A stretch of 64,000 bases of DNA from Candidatus Heimdallarchaeota archaeon (GTDB lineage Archaea > Asgardarchaeota > Heimdallarchaeia > Hodarchaeales > Hodarchaeaceae), in contig CP070695.1 of NCBI GenBank assembly GCA_020353515.1, forward strand, positions 3,288,118 through 3,352,117, read 5' to 3'. Position numbers and translations under genes: made by a program. Below are positions 40,426-49,968 of the stretch, piece after piece; position 1 is the first letter of the stretch; each line of letters starts with the position of its first letter. The notes under the pieces were generated by a model, which saw nothing but the letters and a program-made list of their open reading frames with translations, did no database searches and was not told the DNA's origin.

Positions 40426-42603
40426 TTAAATTTCTAAAACAGATCCCAAGGTTGGAATATAATATTCTGAATGAGTGAAATCATCTGAGTTACGGATTTT
40501 CTCGGATATGAAAGGATCTGTAGTTAGAGAACCTAGATGAACAAGTGCTTTTTGACCTTTAACTGAATTTAAGAATTTAGACAGTGTTTTACTTGATGAA
40601 TGTCCACTAAATCGAGTAAACACTACTTTTTGTTTGTAGGATGGTTCTAAGTTATGTAGGAGACGATTTCCTAGTGTATTTTTGGCTAGAAACCCACATA
40701 GAATGATTGTAGTATTTGGATCCTCCTTTGTCTGTTCAACTAATTCCCGAGCATATCCCCCGCTTAACATGCCACCTCCAGTTATAACTACTTTATCCTC
40801 AAAGGGTTGTACGAGATGATCACTCAAATGAGCCTTAGTTTTCACTCCCGAAACTCTTGCTACTTTCGTAGCCATCCCGAGTGTACTGATCTTTCTTTCT
40901 TTTGTTAATCCTGCTTTTTCCAACTTAATCAAAATTTCCTGCGCCCTACCTACACTAAAAGCGGGGATTATTACCTTCTCATCCTCTCTCACGGTTTGGA
41001 ATAGAAGGTCATCTCTTTTTGCTGGATTAAAAGCAGGTTGGCCATAGTAGGTGCTGTCAACAATTGTAAGATCAGCATTAAGAGGGAGACTTGGAGATTT
41101 TTCCTTGAAAAGTGCCATTGGATCTAAATTTAAATCTCCAGAGAAGAGCACATTTTTCCCATCACATTCAACAGAATAAGCAACAGATCCTTGGATATGG
41201 TGTGCAGGAAAAGATTTAATCACGATATCTGGAGTAAGTTGATATTCCTCACCTGTTTTAATTGGTATATACCTATCAAGCACCTGATAAAAGTAAGCAG
41301 ATTGTGAGAGTGATCTAAACCTATGATCAGATTTTCGAATCGTGTTACTGGTATTTTTTTTCATTAATTCAAGATTGTCATGAAGCAAAAAATTCGCTAA
41401 GTTCTTTGTCATTCCACTTCCGAAGATATATCCATTATATCCTTGAGCATAAAGATAGGGGACAGCTCCAATATGATCGAGATGAGCATGTGTTATTAGA
41501 ATAGCATCTAAATAATTTAGTGCATCATCCCAATAAGGAATTTGATAATTCGAAACCGACATTCCATAATCGATAAGGATATTAGATTGAGGAGTGGAGA
41601 TTAAGATTCCCATAGTCCCAATCTGGGCGCCCCCCAAAAACGTAATTCTTATTTTGACATCTTTAGGACTTGTAATTGGATATGCTACCTTTTCTACATA
41701 AGTTTGGATTATTTCTGGTGGAATATTTGGTTTCAAATCACTTGATTTTACCTCAAGAGGTTTCAAAGTAGTTGTAAATGGTTTAATAAACGAATCGAAA
41801 ACAGGTGGGATTGATGTGAGATTATTATGAGCTAATTCATCCTTAAGTATAGAAATTAGCTCGTCAACTGTCTCTGGGGATCTTGGTTTCCAAGATTCAA
41901 TGAAATGACTTACTTTTGCTTGTTCCAACTTAAATAGGGTCTCATGATCCAACCAATTCTTTAGAATTGGAATACTAATATCATAGTTTAGTTGTTCTGC
42001 TATTTCTTCAAGATATTCTGGGTATCGTTGCATTGTGGTAATTGGAAGTTCAAAAAAGGCATCAATTTCCGATTTTGCTTCTGGAAAAGATTCTAGCAAT
42101 TCTACTTTTAACTCATCTGTAGCCATTAAAGGAATTCCTAAAAATCGAAGTAAATGACTAAAGATGGGAAGTGCTTGAACTCCAACTTTACGTACCCGAA
42201 GAAAATGAAGAAGTTTAACATTTAATTTTAACAAAGAATCGGAATAATCTTCCACATTCGTATAGAGAAAGCGGATAATAGTCCTATAATCCTCTAAGTC
42301 GAACAATTGAGTTAATAAAGCTATTTCAGCAAGTTCAAGAGTATTATCATAATTTTCTATGAGGACTGATGTTTCGGTATAATCATTACGAAAAAGTGCA
42401 TGAATCGCTTCCCAAATTCTTGTTTCCAAAGGAAATATCTCAGAAGTTGATATCTCCAACTCCTGAATTAAACAAAATACTTGAATCCTTTGAAATATTG
42501 ATAACGTTTCTATTTCTGACGTTAAATCAAAAGTTTTCCCCGATTTTAACTCCTTTTTTAAATGATTAACAATTTTTACCACACGAGAATCAGGAAAATC
42601 CAT
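40426..42603 (-). CDS. MBL-fold beta-CASP ribonuclease with ~320-aa unknown N-terminal extension
   Basis: FLGGAQIG, LIDYG, THAHLDHIG, HHIQGS, FSGD, DSTY, PAFSVGRAQE, FSGHS, LVH. Confidence 0.85.
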   Translation of the reverse strand: MDFPDSRVVKIVNHLKKELKSGKTFDLTSEIETLSIFQRIQVFCLIQELEISTSEIFPLETRIWEAIHALFRNDYTETSVLIENYDNTLELAEIALLTQLFDLEDYRTIIRFLYTNVEDYSDSLLKLNVKLLHFLRVRKVGVQALPIFSHLLRFLGIPLMATDELKVELLESFPEAKSEIDAFFELPITTMQRYPEYLEEIAEQLNYDISIPILKNWLDHETLFKLEQAKVSHFIESWKPRSPETVDELISILKDELAHNNLTSIPPVFDSFIKPFTTTLKPLEVKSSDLKPNIPPEIIQTYVEKVAYPITSPKDVKIRITFLGGAQIGTMGILISTPQSNILIDYGMSVSNYQIPYWDDALNYLDAILITHAHLDHIGAVPYLYAQGYNGYIFGSGMTKNLANFLLHDNLELMKKNTSNTIRKSDHRFRSLSQSAYFYQVLDRYIPIKTGEEYQLTPDIVIKSFPAHHIQGSVAYSVECDGKNVLFSGDLNLDPMALFKEKSPSLPLNADLTIVDSTYYGQPAFNPAKRDDLLFQTVREDEKVIIPAFSVGRAQEILIKLEKAGLTKERKISTLGMATKVARVSGVKTKAHLSDHLVQPFEDKVVITGGGMLSGGYARELVEQTKEDPNTTIILCGFLAKNTLGNRLLHNLEPSYKQKVVFTRFSGHSSSKTLSKFLNSVKGQKALVHLGSLTTDPFISEKIRNSDDFTHSEYYIPTLGSVLEI

Positions 42604-42649
42604 GGGATCACTTCACTTCATGAAAAAAAGACGGATATATCAAATCTTC

Positions 42650-44050
42650 TTAAACGACTGGTGTTAACTTATAATCAATATACCCTTTAGATAATATTGG
42701 TGAAATTGCATAATATTCTGTGGCTGGGATAATCCCCTCTAGGACTAATGCACGATTAATTAAATCTAGTTTCCAATGTGAGGTTGCAGCTGTTGTACCT
42801 CCTCGGAACTTCTGATTTTCTTTTAACCACCCTACGATTATGTCTCCTTCCAGTCGTGCTTTAGATACTGTGATTGCGATAAATTCATTAAGAGCTGGGA
42901 TTCCGTACTTATTCTCTAGGGCGTCCAATCCAAGATTAACTAGGAATGGCCCCCCAATTTTCTTCCGTAAAGTCTGCTTAGAAGTCTCAAGGATTTCTAG
43001 TAAGTTTTCAATCTTTTCTGGTAGTTCAAATCGATTTGATGTATTTTCTGGGATATATCTTTCAATATTAACAGTTTGCTCGATCCATTTTTTACTCCCT
43101 GTAAAAATATCCAAGTAAGGTTGATTCGCGTCAAAACTCACCCCCTCACGGAAAATCGTAATCGCTGGCCTTTTGTTGTTCAAATGATTAGTGATTAAGG
43201 GTAAAAATACAATATCGAGAGCTTCACCGATTGTTGTGGTTACTTCAAATAGATTCCAAGAACCCCTTTCAAAACCTCCACCAAGGAGATCATCAAAACC
43301 AGCTGATCCAGTAGAGATATGATGATCATCAGGATCGCCCATGGTCTCTGATTTGAGAATAATTGCTGGAAAACGATATTTGAAAGGATAGAATGTTGTT
43401 AATCGTCCATTAGCTAAAGAAGCAAGGTAGGTTTCGGTTTGTATTTCTCTTCCACGCATTTTTTGGAAACTTAATTCACGAATCCGTCGGGGAATACCAT
43501 GCTCAGATATGATTGTTTTTTTGCTAAGAACAGATATCCCGTCGACAATCCAATCTAAACTCGTAGGTTGAACTCCTTCTATAACAAAAATGATTTTAGA
43601 TGCTTCTGTTCCTAAGTGTTGGATAATTGCAGATGCCCAATGACTTATCTGGCTTTCAGATAAATTCAATGTTAAGGCATTCCAACTATCGATTACGATA
43701 ATCTTCTCTGGTAAATCAGCTCCTAAAGCAAATAGTTGTTGTACAAATTCGGGCATTGTTTCATAATTCATTTTTAGAAACTGGTCACTAGAAGTTTGGA
43801 TTCTTGATCGGGTAGCATCAACAAAGAAGGGATACATTCTGTCTTGGGGAATTTCTTCTAATATCCAAGGAAAATCTTGTATCATGATCTCGGGATTGAT
43901 TCGTGTACTGATAAAAAAAGAATTCGGAAGGGTTGCCACCAGATCTAAAGCCAAACTCGATTTTCCTGTGCCAGGAAGTCCTTTAATTAGAAGAGAGTAA
44001 CCTTTGATTTTGTCTAACTCGGGAAATTCAGGAGCAAGTGTTCTTACCAT
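42650..44050 (-). CDS. KaiC/RAD55-like double-domain ATPase (GvpD-like), second domain degenerate
   Basis: LLIKGLPGTGKS, IVIDSW, VDG, QKMRG; the second domain starts ISTGSAGFDDLLGGGFERGS and has no Walker A. Confidence 0.8.
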   Translation of the reverse strand: MVRTLAPEFPELDKIKGYSLLIKGLPGTGKSSLALDLVATLPNSFFISTRINPEIMIQDFPWILEEIPQDRMYPFFVDATRSRIQTSSDQFLKMNYETMPEFVQQLFALGADLPEKIIVIDSWNALTLNLSESQISHWASAIIQHLGTEASKIIFVIEGVQPTSLDWIVDGISVLSKKTIISEHGIPRRIRELSFQKMRGREIQTETYLASLANGRLTTFYPFKYRFPAIILKSETMGDPDDHHISTGSAGFDDLLGGGFERGSWNLFEVTTTIGEALDIVFLPLITNHLNNKRPAITIFREGVSFDANQPYLDIFTGSKKWIEQTVNIERYIPENTSNRFELPEKIENLLEILETSKQTLRKKIGGPFLVNLGLDALENKYGIPALNEFIAITVSKARLEGDIIVGWLKENQKFRGGTTAATSHWKLDLINRALVLEGIIPATEYYAISPILSKGYIDYKLTPVV

Positions 44051-44104
44051 TGAGATTCCCTCATCTAGTAAAAGAACACTGGTTTTTAAAAAGATAGTTG
44101 AACT

Positions 44105-44428
44105 TCATGCATTGAAAAATTCTTGAAGTGAATCAAGATCATGAAAAAGTGAAATATTGTCAAATGTTGGTTGAGGGAGAAAATTCACTGGATCAAGGAT
44201 GACTATATTTTCTTTGAATTGTCTACTTAATTCCCGTTCAGCGGCTAGAATGCCATTGAGACTCTTTGAAACGCCCATATGGAAATTTTTCTTACGAAAT
44301 CGTCCTTTAGACTTGAGGTCAAGTAATACAAATGTTTTGCGTGGCGTTATGGTTTCAATCTCTAGGCCACAAAATGCTGTAACTGCGCGAATCTGATTAA
44401 TAATTTCCTTCAATTTATTCACTTCCAT
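44105..44428 (-). CDS. Hypothetical protein (107 aa)
   Basis: Compact alpha/beta-looking ORF directly upstream of the KaiC-like ATPase. Confidence 0.55.
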   Translation of the reverse strand: MEVNKLKEIINQIRAVTAFCGLEIETITPRKTFVLLDLKSKGRFRKKNFHMGVSKSLNGILAAERELSRQFKENIVILDPVNFLPQPTFDNISLFHDLDSLQEFFNA

Positions 44429-44691
44429 CAGGAGTTTTTAAGACCACATTATCTTGAAGCTTCTTTCTTGGTTTCTCCTATTCCTATCTTATAAAAAATG
44501 ATTCTTATTTGAAATTCAGTATTATTTGTTTAAAAGTATTCTAGTTAAACTTTCCGAAAACTCGAACCAGAAAAACGTTGAAAAATTACCTAGAGATCGT
44601 CTGATAGTACAAAATCGTATACCCTTTTTATCATGTTACAAATCGAGAAATTTTTCAATTATATACCTTGGTAATGAACCTTCTTCATATT

Positions 44692-45774
44692 TTATTGAGA
44701 AGTTCGATTTATAAATGTCTTTTCAAGCTGTGATTGACTCAAAATTCCATAAGGAGTGATGTATCCTGTTATGAGGTTGTTAGGGGTTATATCAAAAGCA
44801 GGGTTAGAAAATTCTTCCCCCTCGGCATATAATGAAACAATTTGATTCTTCATAAGAGTATTTGAATACCCCAGGGCCTGTTTTACTTCATTAGCATCAC
44901 GGTACTCAATTATTATATCATTGCCTGTTCGTGTAGATGAATCAAAAGTAGAGGTTGGAAAGGCCGTATAAAATGGGATATTATGGTGGTTAGCAAGAAC
45001 TGCGAGATTATAAGTACCAATCTTGTTTGCGATATCACCGTTTCTAACCACCCTATCAGCACCAAGAATAATAAGATCAATTTTCCCCTGAGACATGAAA
45101 AAACCACTTGCAGAATCACATATCACAGTATGGTCAACCCCATACTGACTAAGTTCCCATGCGGTCATTCTACCCTGAATTCTGGGTCGTGTTTCATCAA
45201 CATAGACGTGAAAGCGTTTTCCTTCTTCCCAAGCTTGAATAAGTGGAGCAAGAGCACTACCATTGTCAACCAAAGCCAATGCACCTGTATGACAATGAGT
45301 GAGGACATTCATGTTAGAAACTATTAATTCTTTACCAATTTGACCAATTTTTAGTCCCTCGTTTGCAATACGATTAGCAAATATTTTAGCACGATTAAGA
45401 GCGGCCTTTGGATTTAATTGATCATATTTTTTTACGAAATCTAATCCATTTTTGAGATCAACTGCAGTAGGTCGGGCTGCCATTAATTCGTTATAGGCAC
45501 TTTTGATGTGTTCTACAAATGCATCTTGATTCCAAAATTCTTGAACAGCTTGAGCCAATCCGTAAGCCGCTGCTGCTCCAATAGAAGGAGCTCCCCGAAT
45601 AATCATTTCCTTTATTGCCTTAGCAGTATCCCTATAAGTTGAACAACTGTGTACTTCCACTTGAAATGGAATTTTTATTTGATTGATCATCCGAACGTCG
45701 TTAGCAGCATCATCCCACCAAACTGCGGGGGTATCTACAGTTTTCCCGTCTATTCGTAATTTCAAAGACATCAT
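44692..45774 (-). CDS. mtnA: S-methyl-5-thioribose-1-phosphate isomerase
   Basis: MIIRGAPSIG, ARPTAVDL, THCHTGALA, DETRPRIQG, GADRV, NKIGTY, NPAFDITP. Confidence 0.88.
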   Translation of the reverse strand: MMSLKLRIDGKTVDTPAVWWDDAANDVRMINQIKIPFQVEVHSCSTYRDTAKAIKEMIIRGAPSIGAAAAYGLAQAVQEFWNQDAFVEHIKSAYNELMAARPTAVDLKNGLDFVKKYDQLNPKAALNRAKIFANRIANEGLKIGQIGKELIVSNMNVLTHCHTGALALVDNGSALAPLIQAWEEGKRFHVYVDETRPRIQGRMTAWELSQYGVDHTVICDSASGFFMSQGKIDLIILGADRVVRNGDIANKIGTYNLAVLANHHNIPFYTAFPTSTFDSSTRTGNDIIIEYRDANEVKQALGYSNTLMKNQIVSLYAEGEEFSNPAFDITPNNLITGYITPYGILSQSQLEKTFINRTSQ

Positions 45775-45834
45775 ACTTCCTTATTCTTAAAGTATAAACA
45801 CTAAGAAAAATGCATTTTTGGAGGTGTTAAGTCA

Positions 45835-46392
45835 TTATTCCACGAGTAAAAAAGCATAACGATTCATAATATCTGTATAATCTTTAAGTACTTCAATTGG
45901 ATACCCTAATTTTCTTACTGTGGTATATACATCAATCGCCATCCCTTCTGGGGTAGGTCGGGCCAATTTCGGGTGTTTACACTCTTCTCTTACCTTTACA
46001 CATTTTTCATTCTTACAGATTTCACAACTGTCCATAAAGAGGAGAAAAACTTTTACATTTCCCGCAAGAAAAACATCTCTTTCAAGTTCGACTAGTTTCA
46101 AATTTACCTCCCTAGACCAGGCATGGCGATCTTCAGGGTTTTCAAGCTCCTTTTCAAAGTGAAAAATCACTCCTTTGGTGTACTCTTGAAAAAATTTTTC
46201 ACAGTCTGAGACTGAAGGGGTGTTAGGAGGACAAGTGGCGTTCTGACCATACCCAGGACACCCAAAAATACATTTCATCCTTACCCAGTGAGAGATGACA
46301 ATTTGTTGTTTTGGATTAAACCACTTAAAATCGTCAAATCCGTGTTTAGAGAATAAATCTTCTATTTTTTTTCTGTCTTTTGCTGTTTCCAT
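45835..46392 (-). CDS. DUF2284 family predicted metal-binding protein
   Basis: WVRMKCIFGCPGYG..CPP, CEIC...C...C, ARPTPEGMAIDVYTT. Confidence 0.82.
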   Translation of the reverse strand: METAKDRKKIEDLFSKHGFDDFKWFNPKQQIVISHWVRMKCIFGCPGYGQNATCPPNTPSVSDCEKFFQEYTKGVIFHFEKELENPEDRHAWSREVNLKLVELERDVFLAGNVKVFLLFMDSCEICKNEKCVKVREECKHPKLARPTPEGMAIDVYTTVRKLGYPIEVLKDYTDIMNRYAFLLVE

Positions 46393-46502
46393 GTCGAATT
46401 AGTTGTTTAATTTGCTTATAATAAAATTACTTTTAAGGTAATTTCATTAATAAGTTCATGTAAACCTAGAACTCTTGAATATCTAATAATTTTCTTTTGT
46501 TC

Positions 46503-47555
46503 TTATTCCAGAAGCATATTAGATATTGGCATTTCGTAAATGAACTTTTGTCCTAATCGGGTAAGAACAGTTGCGATTTCTTTTTCCCATAGTCCAGCAC
46601 GAATAATTAGATGAGATCCGATGAAAAAATCTAAGGGAAGTCGGGAGTATAACTGTGAAATATCATAAGTTTGTTTGTAAGTTGTCAGAATGAGGGGTAC
46701 CCAAGATCTTGTTATTGATTTGATCAGTTTTGAATCGTCTACACCAAATCCAATGTTTGTTGCAACGTTTTCTTGAATTGCATGGCTAAGGATATACCCT
46801 ACATCGTCCATACGATCAAGTTGAGGAAGTAAAATGGCATCTATCCAAGCAATTTCATTGGGAGAGACGAGAATATTGCTCAAATGACTGTCTCCATGAA
46901 TGTATTCCACACCCCCTAATGATTGTGCTAATATTTCAGTCCAGTAATTCAGGAATTTTTCCTCAATACATGTTTTTAACAGCTTAAAAATAGGTTTATA
47001 AAGCTGAACACTAATTTTTTGTCGCTCAGAACCATGTAATCGGGCTAATGCATATCCAGCATATCCCCATCGGTCAGCTTGTTTAACTGTAAGTTGAAGT
47101 AGCGGAACAAATCCACTTAAGAATTCTAGAATCAAAGCTTTAACTTCAGGAATTACATGAATAACCTCTGGTGCAAATAATCTATCTGGAAAACGACGAA
47201 TCCGTGAGGAAGGTTCATGATTTTTCTTCCATTTCTCCCAATCAGTTTGACGAGAAGTAAGTAAACTAGCTAATTTCATAGCATTATCTACTTCAGCTTC
47301 CAAATCGTTGGCAAATTTTATTACGATCCCTCCATCGACTTCTCCAGCTAATGATGTAGAGAGAGCTGCTTCGATGACGTATGTTTTCCCTCCTGCCCCC
47401 TTATATGAGCGAATCTCTTTTAAACGCGTATCAGAGATTCGACCAGTTGTGATTTGGATATTTTGAGTGATTTTATCACTTGATTGCAGAATCAGAGACC
47501 GAACACGTTCGTGTATCTTTTTCTGTTTTTCACTATCTGGCTCTATAATACTCAC
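46503..47555 (-). CDS. Kinase-like phosphotransferase (APH/choline kinase superfamily)
   Basis: GAGGKTY Gly loop, IVIKF, LARLH, IHGDSHLSNILV, WID. Confidence 0.78.
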   Translation of the reverse strand: MSIIEPDSEKQKKIHERVRSLILQSSDKITQNIQITTGRISDTRLKEIRSYKGAGGKTYVIEAALSTSLAGEVDGGIVIKFANDLEAEVDNAMKLASLLTSRQTDWEKWKKNHEPSSRIRRFPDRLFAPEVIHVIPEVKALILEFLSGFVPLLQLTVKQADRWGYAGYALARLHGSERQKISVQLYKPIFKLLKTCIEEKFLNYWTEILAQSLGGVEYIHGDSHLSNILVSPNEIAWIDAILLPQLDRMDDVGYILSHAIQENVATNIGFGVDDSKLIKSITRSWVPLILTTYKQTYDISQLYSRLPLDFFIGSHLIIRAGLWEKEIATVLTRLGQKFIYEMPISNMLLE

Positions 47556-47566
47556 ATGTAAATCTC

Positions 47567-48961
47567 CTAGCGCAGATATTGTTGTAGGATTCTTCCCCTT
47601 TCTACTAGAGCATAAAGACCATCAACCGCATCTTCTGCTGTGTTGAAAACTGAAATTCCATATTTTTCAAATTCAGCGTTTATAGTAGGATCAGGTAGAT
47701 TATAAACAAGGATGGGTTTATGTTTATATTCTTGTTTGATTAAAGCAATTCGAGCAGGAGCATCTTTCGAAACAACAGGCGCGTCAGACCTTGGGACAAC
47801 AATAATTCCAGAAACACTTTCTTCTTTTAAAAAGATCCTGGTAACTTCTGAGATAACTTCAGTTGTTGCGCTTCCTGTCAAATCAAGAAATGCTAGCGGA
47901 ATATCCTCCTTTCCTCGTGAGAGGGAAGTCTGAACACCATGTTCTTTAATAACTTCCTTGACTTCGGTGACTGATTCCGTTGATAGTGATCCTAACTCTA
48001 GATTATATCGATTCATACGATATAATGCCATCGCTAAGGGGCCTCCTGTGTTTCCCACAATCGCTATCTGATTACCAAATGCAGGAGGTTGAGTATACAA
48101 AGCTTTTATTGAGTTAAAGAATTGAGAAGTGCTATCACACTGAATGATTCCAGCTTGGCGCAATATTTCTTTATAGAGGCCCATTGTGCTAGCAACAGCC
48201 CCAGTATGACTCCGAGCTGCCATCGTGACAAATTCAGTCATAGGTAATTTTAGTGCAACTATGGCTTTTTTCCGAGCGACGGCTTTAGATACTTTTATAA
48301 ACTTCCTCCCTGCTTTTACATTTTCTAAATATGCTCCAATAACCTTCGTTTCGGGATCTTGTCCGAAATATTGAATAAAATCAGTTTCATTGAGATCTGC
48401 TCCATTTCCATATGAAACAAATCTCCTTAAACCGATCTTGTTTTGCTGAAGCGCCAGAAGAAGATCTATTGCGAGAGACCCAGATTGAGAGATCAAAGAA
48501 ACATGACCTTTCTTCGGTAATTCGAAATTTGGAAATAATGTGTTCACTTGGGTATTAGTATCTATAATTCCAAGGCAATTAGGCCCAATCAAACGTGAAT
48601 CGCCTAAATTACTTACCAATTCTTTTTGAAGGTCATCTCTACCAATTTCTGAAAAACCCGCGGTAATACAGACAATGGCAGGGATTCCCCGTTTAGATGC
48701 TTCTGCAACAGCTTTGATTGCTAATTTTGCTGGCAAAATCACAACAGCGAGATCAGGAACTTCTGGAAGGTCAAAAACACTAGAGTAACAGCTAATACCC
48801 ATAATTTCAGCAGTATTTGGGTTAATAGGGTATATTCGATTGCGAAAAGGTACAACAAAATGATTAAAAATGAGACGACCATATTTTTTTTCGTCAGAAG
48901 AAGCTCCGATAATGGCCACAGACCTTGGTTCAAAGAAAAAGTCAAGCAAAGATTGTCCCAT
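47567..48961 (-). CDS. Acyl-CoA synthetase (ADP-forming), alpha subunit
   Basis: PRSVAIIGAS, IGPNCLG, ISQSGS, SYGNGAD, SHTGA phospho-His. Start placed at ATG 48961. Confidence 0.87.
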   Translation of the reverse strand: MGQSLLDFFFEPRSVAIIGASSDEKKYGRLIFNHFVVPFRNRIYPINPNTAEIMGISCYSSVFDLPEVPDLAVVILPAKLAIKAVAEASKRGIPAIVCITAGFSEIGRDDLQKELVSNLGDSRLIGPNCLGIIDTNTQVNTLFPNFELPKKGHVSLISQSGSLAIDLLLALQQNKIGLRRFVSYGNGADLNETDFIQYFGQDPETKVIGAYLENVKAGRKFIKVSKAVARKKAIVALKLPMTEFVTMAARSHTGAVASTMGLYKEILRQAGIIQCDSTSQFFNSIKALYTQPPAFGNQIAIVGNTGGPLAMALYRMNRYNLELGSLSTESVTEVKEVIKEHGVQTSLSRGKEDIPLAFLDLTGSATTEVISEVTRIFLKEESVSGIIVVPRSDAPVVSKDAPARIALIKQEYKHKPILVYNLPDPTINAEFEKYGISVFNTAEDAVDGLYALVERGRILQQYLR

Positions 48962-49108
48962 CAGAAATATTTTCAAATTATGGTCAATAGAGGTAAATGA
49001 GAGAGATTTTTGTTAGTTTAGAGACATATCTCACGAGATTTGGTCGAACTATAGAATTTTTCGGATCATATGTTAGGTTCCTTAACAAAAACCTTCTTTC
49101 TACTTTCA

Positions 49109-49960
49109 TTAAAAAAAGCTCCTATTTCTAGGATTTTGACATTTTCTGCAGAAATTAGTAAATCTCTTTGCTTTAATCGTTGAAATGGGGTTACTACAGA
49201 TAGGGCAGGGTTGTTTGCCTCTCAAATGAATACGAAAGATGTGTTGTCTCCAATACTTCTGATTATTTAATTTTTGTGTTTCACTAAGCATATGATTAAT
49301 TTTTTCCAGTGAATTTGTTAGTATTTTCTTACACGCGAAGTAGATCTTTGATTTCTCCTCTTCAGTAAGCTGAGTCCGTTTATCAAAAGGATGGATCTTT
49401 GCCTCAAACATAATCTCATCTGCATAAGCATTTCCAATGCCTGTAACAAATTTTTGATTAGTTAAGATCCCTTTAATTTCCCCATTAAATCTTTTTAATC
49501 GTTTAATAAAAGCTTCTTTAGAAATTTGAAGAATATCGGGACCAAAACTATCAATTTTTTCTGGGTATCCACACGGTTCGTTATTCTTACTTACAAACAG
49601 CCATATGGCCCCATGTAACCGAGAATCATGATAAATTAATGTTTTACCTTCTTTAAACACCATTGAAAATACAGTTTTTTTTGGAAGCTTTTTTGAGGCA
49701 GACCAAGCTAATCTCCCAGTTAAACCATGATCTATATACATATTGAGAGTTAACTCACGTTTATGTAAAATAAATCTTAGAATTTTACCTATTCTTTCAA
49801 TTTGCTTCAATGTAGCTAAATATAAAAGGTCTTCAAAGTCAGAAGCAGATAAATTTCGTATCACAGTGTGTTTTAATGTCTTAATATCAATAATAACTTG
49901 GTTTGATAAAGTTAATGACAAATATTTACGAATAGCTTCTATTTCAGGCAATTCGGGCAT
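49109..49960 (-). CDS. mutM: Fpg/Nei family DNA glycosylase
   Basis: MPELPE N-terminus (ATG at 49960), RIGK, GIGNAYADE H2TH motif, CPIC...CRKC Zn finger. Confidence 0.88.
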   Translation of the reverse strand: MPELPEIEAIRKYLSLTLSNQVIIDIKTLKHTVIRNLSASDFEDLLYLATLKQIERIGKILRFILHKRELTLNMYIDHGLTGRLAWSASKKLPKKTVFSMVFKEGKTLIYHDSRLHGAIWLFVSKNNEPCGYPEKIDSFGPDILQISKEAFIKRLKRFNGEIKGILTNQKFVTGIGNAYADEIMFEAKIHPFDKRTQLTEEEKSKIYFACKKILTNSLEKINHMLSETQKLNNQKYWRQHIFRIHLRGKQPCPICSNPISTIKAKRFTNFCRKCQNPRNRSFF

Positions 49961-49968
49961 TTCTTCAC

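Noticed and set aside
42650-44050. Gas vesicle function for the GvpD-like ATPase
   Set aside because: No gvpA or other gvp genes nearby; the family is a general KaiC-like ATPase group
44692-45774. eIF2B subunit or ribose-1,5-bisphosphate isomerase
   Set aside because: Retains the MtnA-type N-terminal segment and the RGAP, RPTAV and THC.TGALA motifs
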